Source: Polyangiales bacterium (lineage in GTDB: Bacteria; Myxococcota_A; Polyangia; Polyangiales; JADJQN01). Taken from it: a DNA stretch of 64,000 bases. The stretch is taken from assembly GCA_964202905.1 (NCBI GenBank), contig CAXNJO010000001.1, positions 800,001-864,000 of the forward strand. The letters run 5' to 3'. Below the pieces are notes generated by a model. That model was not told where the DNA came from. It ran no database searches and worked only from the letters and a program-made list of their open reading frames with translations. This document shows, in pieces, positions 1 through 11,279 of the stretch. The position numbers were made by a program, and so were the translations under genes. Every line of letters begins with the position of its first letter. Position 1 is the first letter of the stretch.

Positions 1-203
1 GAAGGCGCCCTCGGGCGCGGGGCCGACGCGCCTCAAGATCGTGCGCTGATCCGCCTCTTCGCCGCGCTGGCGGCGCGCGGTGCAGACACCGCAAGGATGT
101 TGCGATGTCGCGCGCCCGGTGGCCCGCGAACACCGCGCCGCCCGCGGACACCGCGTCACCCGCGGACGTCGCAAGGACGTTGCGATGTCGCGCGGCGCGG
201 CGA

Positions 204-698
204 TCACGCCGCGATGGGCGTGTTGCGGCGCGCGCCGAGGTGCAGCGGAGAGCGCCAGGCCTCGTCGCCGCGGCCGGGGAGCACCGTGCGCGAGGGGACG
301 CCATCGAAGGCGACGCCCATCGCCGGCTGCTGACCCGCCTGCACCCAGGCGATGCGGCATGGGAACACGTACTCGACGCCCGAGGCCACGAGGCCGACGC
401 GCACGATCGTGCGGTCGCCGACCGCGCCCGGTGACGCCGTGACGATGGCGAGGCCCCCACCGGAGGCGTTGAGCACCTGCCCCGCGCCGAAGCCGCCCGG
501 CAGCGTGAACTGCACGCCGACGGGGGAGGGCACGCGCGGCATGCCGCGGCGCGGGTCGCGGCCCGGCGTGTCGCCCGAGAGCAGCTGCTCGAGGCCGAGC
601 AGGTGGGCGCGCTCCTCCGCGTCGAGGGCGATCGCGAGCTTCTCCTCCTTCGCGAGGAGCAGACGGTAGGCGTAGACCATCTCGAAGAAGTCGTGCAT
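204..698 (-). CDS. PilZ-domain protein
   Basis: Start taken at MHDFFEM; RRGMPR (RxxxR) followed by NASGGG (D/NxSxxG), the c-di-GMP-binding PilZ motifs. Confidence 0.75.
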   Translation of the reverse strand: MHDFFEMVYAYRLLLAKEEKLAIALDAEERAHLLGLEQLLSGDTPGRDPRRGMPRVPSPVGVQFTLPGGFGAGQVLNASGGGLAIVTASPGAVGDRTIVRVGLVASGVEYVFPCRIAWVQAGQQPAMGVAFDGVPSRTVLPGRGDEAWRSPLHLGARRNTPIAA

Positions 699-926
699 CG
701 CAGGCTCCGCGTTCGTCGTGGCGTGGACGTCCCGGCGAAGAGGAAGTTTCAACGTTCCGCTCAGCAACCCCCGTGCCGTGCGGGATCTTCCCGCGATCAC
801 GCGGCGTCGCGCGTCGACGTGACGGGGCCGCGGCGCCACGGCGCGACATCCCTGTCACGGCCGTGACGTTTTCCCCACGGTGGCCCCTCGCCGCGTCGCG
901 CGCCGCGTGCGACACGTGACGACGCG

Positions 927-2348
927 ATGGATCTCTTCGACGACGCCGACGCGCGCAGCCCGGATGGCGCGCCCCTCGCCGAGCGCATGCGCCCCGCGCG
1001 CCTCGAGGACGTCGTGGGCCAGGCGCACCTGCTCGCGGAGGGGAAGCTGCTCGCGGGCGCGATCCGCGGCGACCGCGTGCCCTCGATGATCCTCTGGGGC
1101 CCGCCCGGCACGGGGAAGACGACGCTCGCGCGGGTCATCGCGGGGGAGACGCGCGCGCGGTTCGCCGCGTTCAGCGCGGTGCTCGGCGGCGTGCCGGAGC
1201 TGCGGAAGCTGCTCGCGGAGGCCGCCGAGGAGAAGCGGCTTCACGGCCGCCGCACGATCCTCTTCGTCGACGAGATCCACCGCTTCAACAAGGCGCAGCA
1301 GGACGCGCTCCTCCCGCACGTCGAGCGCGGCGCGGTGGTGCTCGTCGGCGCGACCACGGAGAATCCGTCGTTCGCGGTGAACGCCGCGCTGCTCTCGCGG
1401 GCGCGCGTGTTCCGCCTCGAGTCGCTCGGCCCCGAAGCGATCGTGCGCCTGCTCGAGCGCGCGCTCGCGGACGGCACGCGCGGGCTCGGCGGGCTCGGGC
1501 TCCTCGTCGACGCGGACGCGCTCGCGGCCATCGCGGAGGGCGCGCGGGGCGACGCGCGTCGCGCGCTCGACGTGCTCGAGACGGCGGCGCGGCACGCGGT
1601 CGCGAGCGGCGCGCCGCGGCTCGACGCGGCCGTCGTCGACGAGGCGCTCGCGCAGCGCACGTTGCTCTACGACAAGAGCGGCGACGCGCACTACGACGTC
1701 GTCAGCGCCTTCATCAAGTCGCTCCGCGGCACGGACCCGGACGCCGGGATCTATTGGCTGATGCGCATGATCGAGGCCGGCGACGACCCGCTCTTCGTGC
1801 TGCGGCGGATGATCATCTTCGCGAGCGAGGACATCGGCAACGCCGACCCCAACGCGCTGCACGTGGCCGTCGCCGCGGACGCCGCGTTCCGCAGGCTCGG
1901 CATGCCCGAGGGGCTCTTCGCGATCGCGCAGTGCTGCACCTATCTCGCGACCGCGCCCAAATCGAACGCGAGCTACGTCGCCTTCACCGCGGCGAAGGCC
2001 GACATCGAGGCGCACGGCGCGCTGCGCGTCCCGCTGCGGCTCCGCAACGCGCCGACCACGCTGCTCCGCCGCGAGGGGCACGGCCGCGACTACCGCTACC
2101 CGCACGACGAGGGCGGCTTCGCGCGCGGCGAGAGCTACCTGCCGGAGGGGCTCGAGGGGCGCCGCTACTACGTGCCGAAGCGCAGCGGCTACGAGCAGCG
2201 CATCGCCGAGCGGCTCGCGCGGCTGCGCGCGGAGGGGCCGCCCGTCGAGGAGACATCGGCGTCGAGGCCGCCCGATGCCGACGGGGAGGCTGCCGACCCA
2301 GGGGCGCAGGACGTCGCGGGGGACGCGCCCGGTCGCGCGTCGCCCTGA
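927..2348 (+). CDS. rarA: Replication-associated recombination protein A (RarA/MgsA AAA+ ATPase)
   Basis: PLAERMRP, Walker [50 protein letters not shown]. Confidence 0.95.
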   Translation: MDLFDDADARSPDGAPLAERMRPARLEDVVGQAHLLAEGKLLAGAIRGDRVPSMILWGPPGTGKTTLARVIAGETRARFAAFSAVLGGVPELRKLLAEAAEEKRLHGRRTILFVDEIHRFNKAQQDALLPHVERGAVVLVGATTENPSFAVNAALLSRARVFRLESLGPEAIVRLLERALADGTRGLGGLGLLVDADALAAIAEGARGDARRALDVLETAARHAVASGAPRLDAAVVDEALAQRTLLYDKSGDAHYDVVSAFIKSLRGTDPDAGIYWLMRMIEAGDDPLFVLRRMIIFASEDIGNADPNALHVAVAADAAFRRLGMPEGLFAIAQCCTYLATAPKSNASYVAFTAAKADIEAHGALRVPLRLRNAPTTLLRREGHGRDYRYPHDEGGFARGESYLPEGLEGRRYYVPKRSGYEQRIAERLARLRAEGPPVEETSASRPPDADGEAADPGAQDVAGDAPGRASP

Positions 2349-2393
2349 GGCCGCCGCCTTCGTGCCTGCGTCCGTTCGCCACAAAGCGCGCCA

Positions 2394-2422
2394 TTGACCC
2401 CCGCGCGGCGTTCCCGTAGTTT
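2394..2422 (+). promoter_or_regulatory. Putative sigma70-type promoter of the PAS/GAF kinase
   Basis: TTGACC-17 bp-TAGTTT just upstream of ATG 2436. Confidence 0.45.
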
Positions 2423-2435
2423 CGCGGCGCTCGGG

Positions 2436-4892
2436 ATGGAGATTCAGCCGAAGGACGTGGGCGGGGAGATTGACGCGCTGCGTCAAGCCCTCGCCGAGGA
2501 GCGCGCCGCGCGTGTCGACGCTGAGTCACGTCTCGCGGCGGAGCGCGCCGCACGCGCCGAGGCCGAGGCGCGTCTCGCGGCGTCGCCTTCTGTCGCGGAC
2601 GACGACGAGCGCCGCGCGGTCGAGCGCGCGCTCGCCGAGACGCTGGTCGCCGTGGACGCGGGCTACTGGGAGATCGACCTGCGCTCGGGCAAGACCGTGT
2701 GGTCGGACGGCGCCTACACGCTGATGGGCTATGAACCCGGCAGCGTCGAGCCCTCGAACGATCTCTGGCGCGCGTGCACGCACCCCGACGACTACGCCCG
2801 CATGATGGCGGGCCCGCTCGAGCCGAACATCGAGACGGATTACCGGATCGTGCGGCCGGACGGGACGATCCGCTGGGTGCGCTCGGCGATGAACACCGTA
2901 TTCGGGTCGGACGGTGCGCCGCACCGCATGCGCGGGATTCTCGCCGATTGCACGCGGGAGCGCGAGGTCGCGCGGCAGCTCGCGCGGCTCGCGGAGGTGG
3001 CGAGCCGCACCGACAACGGCGTCGTGATCACCGATCTCGATGGCCGCGTCGAGTGGGTCAACGAGTCCTTCATCCGGCGGACGGGCTGGACGCTCGCGGA
3101 GTCGCTCGGCAAGACGTCCTTCGACCTCGTCGTCGGCCGTCACAGCGATCGGAAGACCGTCGGACGGCTCATCGAGCACGTGCTCGCGCGCGAGCCGTTC
3201 ACCGTCGAGTTGCTCACGTATGCCCGCAGCGGGCGGCAGTCCTGGATGCATATCGAGTCGCGCGTCGCGCGCGACGAGCACGGCGTGCCGACGGGCTTCA
3301 TCGCGATCGAGACGGACATCACCGAGCGGCGCATCGCGGCGAGCCGCGACAGCCTCTCGCAGCGCGTCGCGGCGCTGCTGCTCGAGAGCAGCGCGATCGA
3401 GTCGGCGGCGGGGCAGCTCGTCGCGGAGCTGGTGCGCGAGCTCGACATCCGGGTCGCGCAGCTCTGGGTCGTCGATCCGGCGCGCCCGGAGCTCGTGCAC
3501 GTCGCGGGCGCCGCCGCGGAGATCTGCGGCGACGCGGGCTCGGCGTTCATCGAGGCGACGCGCGGGCTGGGCTTCGCGCGCGGACTCGACCGGGACGTGG
3601 GGGTCGGGCTGCCCGGCGTGGCGTGGGGGACCCTGCGCACGTTCACGGTCGACGAACTCTCGACGCCGAACGCCGACCGAGGGCGCTCGCGCCGCACCGC
3701 GGAGGCGGCCGCAGCGGGGGTGAACTCGTTCTGCGCGACGCCGATCCTCGGGCCGGGCGGCGTGCTCGGGGTGATCGAGATCGCGGGCACCTCGTACTAT
3801 CCCGGGCACGAGCAGCTTCCCGCGCTGCTCGAGCGCGTGGCCGAGCAGTTCGCGGCGTTCATGCGTCACGAGCTCGTGCGCCGCGCCTTCCGCACCGTGT
3901 TCGACCAGAGCCCGGACGCGCTCCTGCTCGTCGACGTCGACGGCCGCGTCCGTGCCGCCAACACCCGCGCGCACGCGCTCTTCGCGGACGCCGACGGCGC
4001 CGCCATCGACACGCTGATCGACGGCGCCGCCGCGCTCGTCGGCGCGCGGCTCGCCGCCACGGCGCACGACGACATCGACGCGCACGCGCTCCACCGCTGC
4101 GAGGCGCGCGGCGCCGCTGGGGCGTTCTCCGCGGAGCTGAGCATCTCGGCGACGCCGGGCTCCGAGCAGCAGGCCGCCATCCTCGCGGTGCGCGACCTGA
4201 CCGAGCGGCACCGCATGGAGGCCGCGCTCACGCGCTCGCTTCGCGAGAAGGAGACGCTGCTCCGCGAGGTCCACCATCGGGTGAAGAACAACCTGCAGAT
4301 CGTCTCGAGCCTGCTCACCCTGCAGGGCGAGACGCTCGCGGACGCCGGCGCGCGCGCGGCGCTCGCGGACATGGTCCATCGCGTGCGTTCGATGTCGCTC
4401 GTGCACCAGCAGCTCTACGGCACCGAGAACCTGCACGGCGTCGATCTCGGTGAGTACGCGCTCACCCTCGGGCGCCACCTCAAGAGCTCGCTCGCGCCGG
4501 ACGCCGTGATGTCCTTCGCGACCGAGCGCGTCGAGGTCGCCATCGACGTCGCCGTGCCCTGCGGTCTCGTACTCAACGAGCTCGTCACCAACGCGCTCAA
4601 GCATGGGCGCGCCGCCGATGGGAGCTGCACGATCACCGTCGAGGTCCGGGACGCCGGCGACGCCTTCGTCCTCGTCGTCGCCGACCGCGGGCGGGGTTTC
4701 CCCGCGGTTCCCGCCGTCTCGACGTCGCTCGGCCTGCATCTCATCCGCACGCTCACGCGGCAGCTCCGCGGCAAACTCGCGATCGACGGCGGGGACGGCG
4801 CGCGCGTCTCGCTCACGGTGCCCGTTGCGCCGCGGCCACCCTCGGACGTGCCGCCGTTCGCCGCCGGTCCGAACGCCTCTACGCCGCGCTGA
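2436..4892 (+). CDS. Cytoplasmic PAS-PAS-GAF-PAS sensor histidine kinase, HisKA_2 type
   Basis: PAS/PAC motifs (WEIDL..HPDD..DGTIRWV; DNGVVITDLDGRVEWVN), GAF segment, H-box EVHHRVKNNLQ, NELVTNALKH, DRGRG. Confidence 0.9.
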   Translation: MEIQPKDVGGEIDALRQALAEERAARVDAESRLAAERAARAEAEARLAASPSVADDDERRAVERALAETLVAVDAGYWEIDLRSGKTVWSDGAYTLMGYEPGSVEPSNDLWRACTHPDDYARMMAGPLEPNIETDYRIVRPDGTIRWVRSAMNTVFGSDGAPHRMRGILADCTREREVARQLARLAEVASRTDNGVVITDLDGRVEWVNESFIRRTGWTLAESLGKTSFDLVVGRHSDRKTVGRLIEHVLAREPFTVELLTYARSGRQSWMHIESRVARDEHGVPTGFIAIETDITERRIAASRDSLSQRVAALLLESSAIESAAGQLVAELVRELDIRVAQLWVVDPARPELVHVAGAAAEICGDAGSAFIEATRGLGFARGLDRDVGVGLPGVAWGTLRTFTVDELSTPNADRGRSRRTAEAAAAGVNSFCATPILGPGGVLGVIEIAGTSYYPGHEQLPALLERVAEQFAAFMRHELVRRAFRTVFDQSPDALLLVDVDGRVRAANTRAHALFADADGAAIDTLIDGAAALVGARLAATAHDDIDAHALHRCEARGAAGAFSAELSISATPGSEQQAAILAVRDLTERHRMEAALTRSLREKETLLREVHHRVKNNLQIVSSLLTLQGETLADAGARAALADMVHRVRSMSLVHQQLYGTENLHGVDLGEYALTLGRHLKSSLAPDAVMSFATERVEVAIDVAVPCGLVLNELVTNALKHGRAADGSCTITVEVRDAGDAFVLVVADRGRGFPAVPAVSTSLGLHLIRTLTRQLRGKLAIDGGDGARVSLTVPVAPRPPSDVPPFAAGPNASTPR

Positions 4893-4901
4893 CCACGAAC
4901 G

Positions 4902-6531
4902 TCAGGCCGCGCGCGCGTCGTCCTCCTCGCGCGGGCAGTGCACGGTGAAGCGCGCCCCCGCGGGCGTGGACTCGACCTCGAGGCGCGCGCGGAGCTGGCG
5001 CACGAGCGACTCCACGATCTGCGCGCCGAGCGAGCGGCGTCGCAGCGTCGACCACGCTTCCGTGAAGCCGCGCCCCCCGTCGGACACGCGCAGCACGAAG
5101 CGGTCCGCCCCGCGCCGCACCTCGATGGTGACGCGGCAGACGCCGTCCTCCCCGCGCCCGTGCTTGAAGGCGTTGGTGATGAGCTCGTTGAGGATGAGCC
5201 CGCACGGGAGCGCCTGCGCGAGCGCGACGGGGAAGGCGTCGACCTCGACCCGCAGCTCGCTGCGCGGATCGAACGCGCCGCGCAGCTCCCCGGCGAGCGC
5301 GCGCGCGTATTCGCCCAGTTCGATCGAGGCGAAGTCCGTCCCGCTGTAGAGCTGCTGGTGGATGAGCGCCATCGTGCGGACGCGGTGCGTGCTGTCGTCG
5401 AGCGCGGCGCGTGACTCGGGCGTCGTCGCGGTCGAGGCCTGCATGCTGAGCAGGCTCGAGACGACCTGCAGGTTGTTCTTCACGCGGTGGTGGACCTCCT
5501 GCAGGAGCGTCTCCTTCTCGCGCAGCGCCAGCGAGAGCCGACGCTCGGCCTCGACGCGGAGCGCGACATCCGTCGCCCCGACGAGGGCGAAGCGCTCGCC
5601 CGCGATCTCGAGCGGCACGACGCGCGTCTCGACGACGAGCGGCGCCCCGTCGGCGCGGCGTGCGCTGCCGATTCGGTCTGCGCGTGCGTCTGAAGTCGAT
5701 ACCATCGTCCGTGATGCCCGTGCATCGGCGCGCGGCGGACGCGAGCGCCGGGTCGTCGAAGAGCGCGCCGAGCGTGCGCGGCTCCGCGGCGCCCTCCGCG
5801 CCGAAGAGGGCGCGCGCGGCCTCGTTGCGCTGCGCGATCCCGCCATCGGCGTCGACCACGAGCAGCGCCTGCGGCGTCCGCGCGAAGAGCTCCTCGAACT
5901 GCCGGTGCAGCGCGGCCTCGCGCGTCGCGAGCGCGCGGAGGGCGCCGCGGCTCTGCGCCTCGAGGGCGAGCGCGCGCTCGAGGCCGCTGACGAGGTAGGT
6001 CGCCGGCAGCCCGACGAAGCTCGCGACACACACGATGCTCGACGCAGTGGTCACCCACCACGCGAGCTGGACGGGCGTCCCCGCGATCGTCCAGGGCGCC
6101 GTGTCGCTCACGACGCCCCAGAGCACGATCATGCTCGCGACGACGCCGACCTGCGCGATCCAGAAGGCGCGCCGATCGAACAGGACCCCCGCGAGCGCGG
6201 GCACGGCGCCGAGCCACACGGCCCCGAGACTGAGCGGGCCGACCACGGCGAGGAGCACGTGTCCCGCGAGGCCCGGCAGCAGCGTGATGAACATCGCGCG
6301 CACGCGGTCAGGGAGGCGCGCGCGCCAAGCGATCACGAGGAGCACCCAGCAGACGGCGTCGAAGACCGCGATCGCGGGGACGTCGTTGAGGAGCGAGAGC
6401 CAGATGCCGCCGATGACCGGCACCGTCGCGAGCACGGCGATGGCGGCGATGAGCTTGTCGAGGATCGCGGCGCGGAGACCGTCGAACTCGAGGGAGTCGC
6501 GCGCGGGCTCCGGCTCGGGGTCGGGCGGCAT
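4902..6531 (-). CDS. Membrane-bound PAS sensor histidine kinase, HisKA_2 type (frameshift near 5700)
   Basis: N-terminal TM helices and PAS start in frame 4879..6531; PAC, EVHHRVKNNLQ and NELITNAFKH in frame 4902..6029. Confidence 0.85.
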
Positions 6532-6584
6532 CGGCCGCGAGGATACGCCGCCGGGCCGCGCTTGTGGCGGGGGGACGCGCGCGT

Positions 6585-7815
6585 ATGTCGCTGCGCATGC
6601 AGAACCTGCGACCGACGGGCCCCGCGGTACCGCACGCGACGGATGTCGCGGCCGACCTGATGCTCCGCTTCGCCTCGCGCACGGGCCTCGCGACGCGGCA
6701 TGCGCCGCGCCGCTACCTCTGGACGGACGCGTTCGCCGTCCGCAACTTCCTCGCCCTCGCGCGGCGCACCGGGGACGCGCGTCACCGCGAGCTCGCGCTG
6801 CGCCTCGTCGATCAGGTGCACGCGGTGCTCGGCCGCCACCGCCCCGACGATGCGCGCACGGGCTGGCTCAGCGGACTCGACGAGCACGAGGGTGCGCGGC
6901 ATCCGACGCGCGGTGGGCTGCGCATCGGCAAGCCGCTTCCCGAGCGGCGCCCCGGCGAGCCCTTCGACGAGCGGCTCGAGTGGGATCGCGAGGGGCAGTA
7001 CTTTCACTACCTGACGCAGTGGATGCGCACCCTCGACGAGGTGGCGCGCTTCACGGGTGACACGCGCCATCGCCTCGCGGCGCGCGAGCTCGCGGGCGTC
7101 GCGCACGCGGCGTTCAAGGCGGGCGGCGCCCTGCTCGCGACGAGCCCCGACGAGCCACCTCGCCTCGCGTGGAAGATGAGCGTCGATCTCACGCGGCCGC
7201 TCGTCCCCTCGATGGGGCACCACGATCCGCTCGAGGGTTTTCTCACCTTTCTCGCGCTGCAGCCCGATGCCGAGCGGGTGCCCGAGCCTTGGGAGGGCGC
7301 CGATCTCCGGGGCGCGCTCGCCGATCTCGCGGTGCTCGTCGACGGGGCCGACTGGACGACGACGGACCCGCTCGGACTCGGCGGGCTGCTGACCGATCTG
7401 CGCCGCACCGAGCGCCTGATCGAGTCCGGCGCGCTCGGCGACGAGGCGCTCTTCGAGGCGATCGTGGTCGCCGTGCGCATGGGGCTCTCGCGCTACGTGC
7501 AGGAGAGCGAGCTTCGTCTGCCCGCGTCGCACCGCCTCGCCTTCCGCGAGCTGGGCCTCGCCATCGGCCTCGCGAGACGTCGCGCGCACGCTCGAGGAGC
7601 TGGGGGGACAGGGGCGTGCGCTGCCCGGCGCCGCGCGCCGCGCGGGGCTGCTCGCGACGCTCGCGCCGTACCAGCGTCTCGGCCCGGCGATCGTGGGCTT
7701 CTGGCTCGCGTCCGCGCACCGGGCCGCGCCGAGCTGGGTCGAGCATTCGGACCTGAACGACGTGATGCTCGCCGCGAGCCTGCTGCCCGCGCAGGGCCTC
7801 GACGTTGTCGCCTAG
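6585..7815 (+). CDS. Conserved hypothetical protein, possibly alpha/alpha-barrel (frameshift near 7580-7640)
   Basis: RRYLWTDAFAV, EWDREGQYFHYLTQWM and LAFRELGLAIGL in one frame; EHSDLNDVMLAASL..stop 7815 in another frame. Confidence 0.7.
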
Positions 7816-7870
7816 CGCGGCGGGGCGCGATCCCCCGGGGAACAGGCGCGTTCCCGGGGGATCGCCGCGA

Positions 7871-8533
7871 TCACGCGGGGGCGACGCGCAGCCGATCGTC
7901 GACACGCCGGGCGCCGCGCGTCCCGCGGGCCGCGCCGACGATCGCCTCCCGCTCGCCGTACGAGTCGACGACGCCGGACACGACCACGCTGCCGTCGAGC
8001 ACGTCGAGCTGGATGCGCCGCGCCTCCCGCTCCGCGTGGCGCTCGAGCGCCTCCTCGATCGCCTGCCGCACGTCGCCCACCGCGAGCTTCGCCGGCGCGA
8101 TCTCGAGGCGGTTCGCGATCCCGCGTACGCCCGCGAGGTTGCGCACCGCGCGCTCGGCGTCCTCGCGCTCGGACGAGAAATCGACGTCGCCGTCGAGCGT
8201 CACCCAGCCGTTCGCGATGGTCGAGCGGATGCGCTTGTCGGGCACGAGCACGTCCCACTCGAGCGCGTGCCGCACGGCGGTCGCGATCTCGGTGTCGGTG
8301 GGCTGCCCGACGCCGGGCACCTTCACCTGCACGTCGTTCGCGATGTCGAGGACGCCCGCGACGCGCTGCGCCGCGTGCAGCGCGGCCATCCGCTTCGCCC
8401 AGCTCGGGACGGTGCCCGTCAGGGTCACGATTCCGTCGGCGACCTGCACGCCGATATCCGTCTCGTCCACGCGCGTGTCCCAGGCGAGTTCGCGCAGCAC
8501 GTCCTTCTTGATCTCCGAGTCCGTACGCACCAT
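7871..8533 (-). CDS. BON-domain protein (OsmY-like, three BON domains)
   Basis: Repeated D.EI...L.WD / V.DG.VTL.G.V / GV..I.N.L units. Confidence 0.9.
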   Translation of the reverse strand: MVRTDSEIKKDVLRELAWDTRVDETDIGVQVADGIVTLTGTVPSWAKRMAALHAAQRVAGVLDIANDVQVKVPGVGQPTDTEIATAVRHALEWDVLVPDKRIRSTIANGWVTLDGDVDFSSEREDAERAVRNLAGVRGIANRLEIAPAKLAVGDVRQAIEEALERHAEREARRIQLDVLDGSVVVSGVVDSYGEREAIVGAARGTRGARRVDDRLRVAPA

Positions 8534-8767
8534 CGGGGTCCTCCGTCCATCGTCTCCGCGACCAGCGGCGGCTCCGACGCGCCCGCGGGAGTGCGGCGCG
8601 GCGCGGCACCACCGGCGTGGGAGGTCGGCGCGCGGACGCGCCTACGCATCCCCGATCGCAGGGACCGGACCCACCGAAACACGGGGCAGCGGCCCCCTCG
8701 CGTCTGCCCGCGCGGTGCGTGCGCCGCATCGGGTGGCCGCCGTGGATCTCGGCTAGAGTCACGCGCC

Positions 8768-9199
8768 GTGGCGAACGACGACGTACCGCAGAACGCAGCC
8801 CCCGCATCGCGCGCGCACCGGCACCCGTGGCTCGGCGCGATCGATCTCGCGACGGCGCTGCTGCTGCTCGGCGGTGTGTGGGGTGTGCTCCCGGCGCGCT
8901 GGTGGCCCGTCGACGTCGGCGCGTCGGTGCTCGGCGCGCTCCTGCTCGCGTCGGGCGCGGGGCTGCTCGCGGGGGCGCCCTGGGCGCGGCGCGTCGGGCT
9001 CGTCGCGGGCGCGGCCGCGCTCGTGCTCGGGCTCGCGCTCGTCACGACGCTCGCGCTCACGGCCTCGTACCTCGCGGGCCTCTACGGGCCCGTGGGGCGC
9101 GGCGGCGCGGTGATCCTCGCGCTCGTCGCTGCGCTCGCGCTGCCGTACCTCGTGATCTTCCCCGCGGCGCAGCTCGTCGCGCTCCGGAAGCCGGCTTGA
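8768..9199 (+). CDS. Small integral membrane protein
   Basis: GTG start, about 4 hydrophobic helices; stop overlaps the TTG start of the next gene. Confidence 0.7.
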   Translation: MANDDVPQNAAPASRAHRHPWLGAIDLATALLLLGGVWGVLPARWWPVDVGASVLGALLLASGAGLLAGAPWARRVGLVAGAAALVLGLALVTTLALTASYLAGLYGPVGRGGAVILALVAALALPYLVIFPAAQLVALRKPA

Positions 9200-11012
9200 G
9201 CGCCGCGCGCCTCGCCCGCGCGCTCGCCCTGTATGCGGCGCTCCTCGCGTGCGCATGCGTGTTCGTGCACGCGCGGACGCGCCTCGATCCCGCGCCGCTC
9301 CCCGCGCCAGATGCACGCGACGTGGGCGCTCGACGCGCTCACCGCGCTCGCCTCGGGCGATGACCGCTCCCGTGAGCCGCCCGCGAGCGCGCGCGCCTAC
9401 CGACCCGGCGGGACCCGGTCTTCGCGACGGCGTGGTGGCGCGGTCGTCCCGCTCGATCGTGCGACCGTGAGCCAGGGTGCGAGCCTCGCAGAGGCCGCGC
9501 GTGACGGAGCTCGGTCGCGCGCTCGCGACGGAGCCTTCGGTGGCCGGCCTGCGTCGCGGCGCGCGCAGCCCCCTCGCATACACCGTCGCCGTCACGCGCG
9601 GCCGCGGGCCGATCGTGCTCGGTGTGCCGCTGCTCGAGAACCTCGCGCTCGTGCCGCTGCTCGACGGGCTCGCGGCGACGATCGACGGCGAGACCGCCTA
9701 CCTCACGCCGGACGAGCTGCGCGCGGAGGGCACCTGGGATCGCGGTGTCCCGACGCCGATCCCCGATCTCACGATCGGCGCCGCCGTCGATGGCCTCGCC
9801 TCGCGCCTCGCGCGGGAGCTCGGACACGACGCGGAGGCGCTCGCCTCGCGCGGCCGCGTCGAGCGCCTGCGCGTCACCGCGCTCGACCGCGAGCCCTACC
9901 CGCGCGAGACCGCGCCCACCGAGCGGGCGCTCCGCCAGGCTGCGCGCGAAGGCGCGGAGTTCCTGCTGCGCCACATGCGTCCCGACGGCAGCTACACCTA
10001 CGTCTACGATGGTCGTACGGGGCGCGACCACGGCGACGCCTACAACGTGCCCCGGCACGCGGGCACCTCGTACTTCCTCTCGCTCGTCGGGCGGCTCGAC
10101 GCGATGCCCGAGGCCCGCGCGGGTGCGCGTCGTGCGCTCTTCTGGCTGCGGTCGCGCGCGCGTCGCTGCGGCGGCGAAGATCGCTGGTGCATCGTCTCCG
10201 ACGACGGGCGCGTCGAGCTCGGATCGTCGGCGCTCGCGACGATCGCCGTCGCCGACTACCTCGCGGGCGGCGACGACCCGGAGCTGCGCCCGATGCTCGC
10301 GGGGCTCACCGCCTTTCTGCGCGCGCAGCAGCGCTCGGACGGCGAGCTCATGCACGAGTACGACCTCGCGGGGGGCCGCCCGATCGACGTGCAGCACCTC
10401 TACTACAGCGGCGAGGCCGCCTTCGCGCTCGTCCTCGCGCACGAGGCCGCGGGCGACCGCCGCAACCTCGAGGCCGCACGGCGCGTGATGCGGCACCTCA
10501 CGGGCGCGGGCTGGCGCTTCTTCGGCAGCCGCTACTACTACGGCGAGGAGCACTGGACGTGCATCGCCGCGGGCGCCGCGCGCCGCGTGACGAACACCGA
10601 CGCGGCGCTCGACTTCTGCGATCGCTGGGCTTCGTACAACCGCGCGCTCCAGTACGGCCCGGGCGAGACGCCGTGGCCCGTCTCGGGCGCGTACGGCGTC
10701 GGCCCGGTGATCCTGCCGCGCCTCACGCCGATCGCGTCGCGCACCGAGGCCTTCGTCTCGACCTGGGAGCTCGCCGCGCACCACGGACGCCGCGACGCGC
10801 CGCTGCGCCGGCAGATCGAGCGCGGCCTCGGCGCGCTGCTCCGCTACCGCTGGGCGCCCGGCCCGACGCATCTCCTCGCGCACCCGCTCGGCGCGCGCGG
10901 CGGCATCCCCGGCAGCCCGGTCGATCTGACGATCCGCAACGACTTCGTGCAGCACGCGGGGGCCGCGATGATCCGCTGGGCCGACCTGCTGCGCGCGGAG
11001 CGCGCGCGCTGA
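9196..11012 (+). CDS. Membrane-anchored hypothetical protein with predicted alpha-helical (six-hairpin-like) domain; several frameshifts in 9300-9510
   Basis: N-terminal TM LSAARLARALALYAALL; main ORF 9477..11012 with YNVPRHAG, YYSGEAAFAL, EEHWTC, RNDFVQHAG. Confidence 0.65.
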
Positions 11013-11024
11013 ATCACGGTTCAG
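11009..11024. repeat. Short palindromic element CTGAATCACGGTTCAG (copy 1)
   Basis: Identical 16-mer at 19579-19594; contains the TGA stop of the upstream gene. Confidence 0.7.
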
Positions 11025-11102
11025 TCGCGTCGCCAAACGGGTCACGGTGCGTCGCCGCGCCGCCATGTTTCCGCGCGGGTCGTGGCGCGTGGCGCGCGGG
11101 GC

Positions 11103-11279
11103 TCACGTGATCGCGCAGCGGGCGAGGGTGAGCGCGACGTCTTCCTGGGGAGGCGGGTCGCTGCGGCCATCGTCACCGACGAAGAGGAACTCCGGCGGGA
11201 GTCGGCCCTCGTCGAGGTAGCGGGCGAGAAGTTCGACGAGCTGCGCGTCCTCGACGGTGTGTTGATCGATGCGGCTCAC
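11103..11279 (-). CDS. Small hypothetical protein (58 aa), possibly a gene remnant
   Basis: GTG start; VSRIDQHTVEDAQLVELLARYLDEGRLPPEFLFVGDDG has protein-like composition, unlike the Arg-rich shadow frames. Confidence 0.4.
   Translation of the reverse strand: MSRIDQHTVEDAQLVELLARYLDEGRLPPEFLFVGDDGRSDPPPQEDVALTLARCAIT

Noticed and set aside
2990..3330. Second PAS domain as a LOV photosensor partnering the rhodopsin
   Set aside because: No GxNCRFLQ motif; the equivalent segment reads GKTSFDLV
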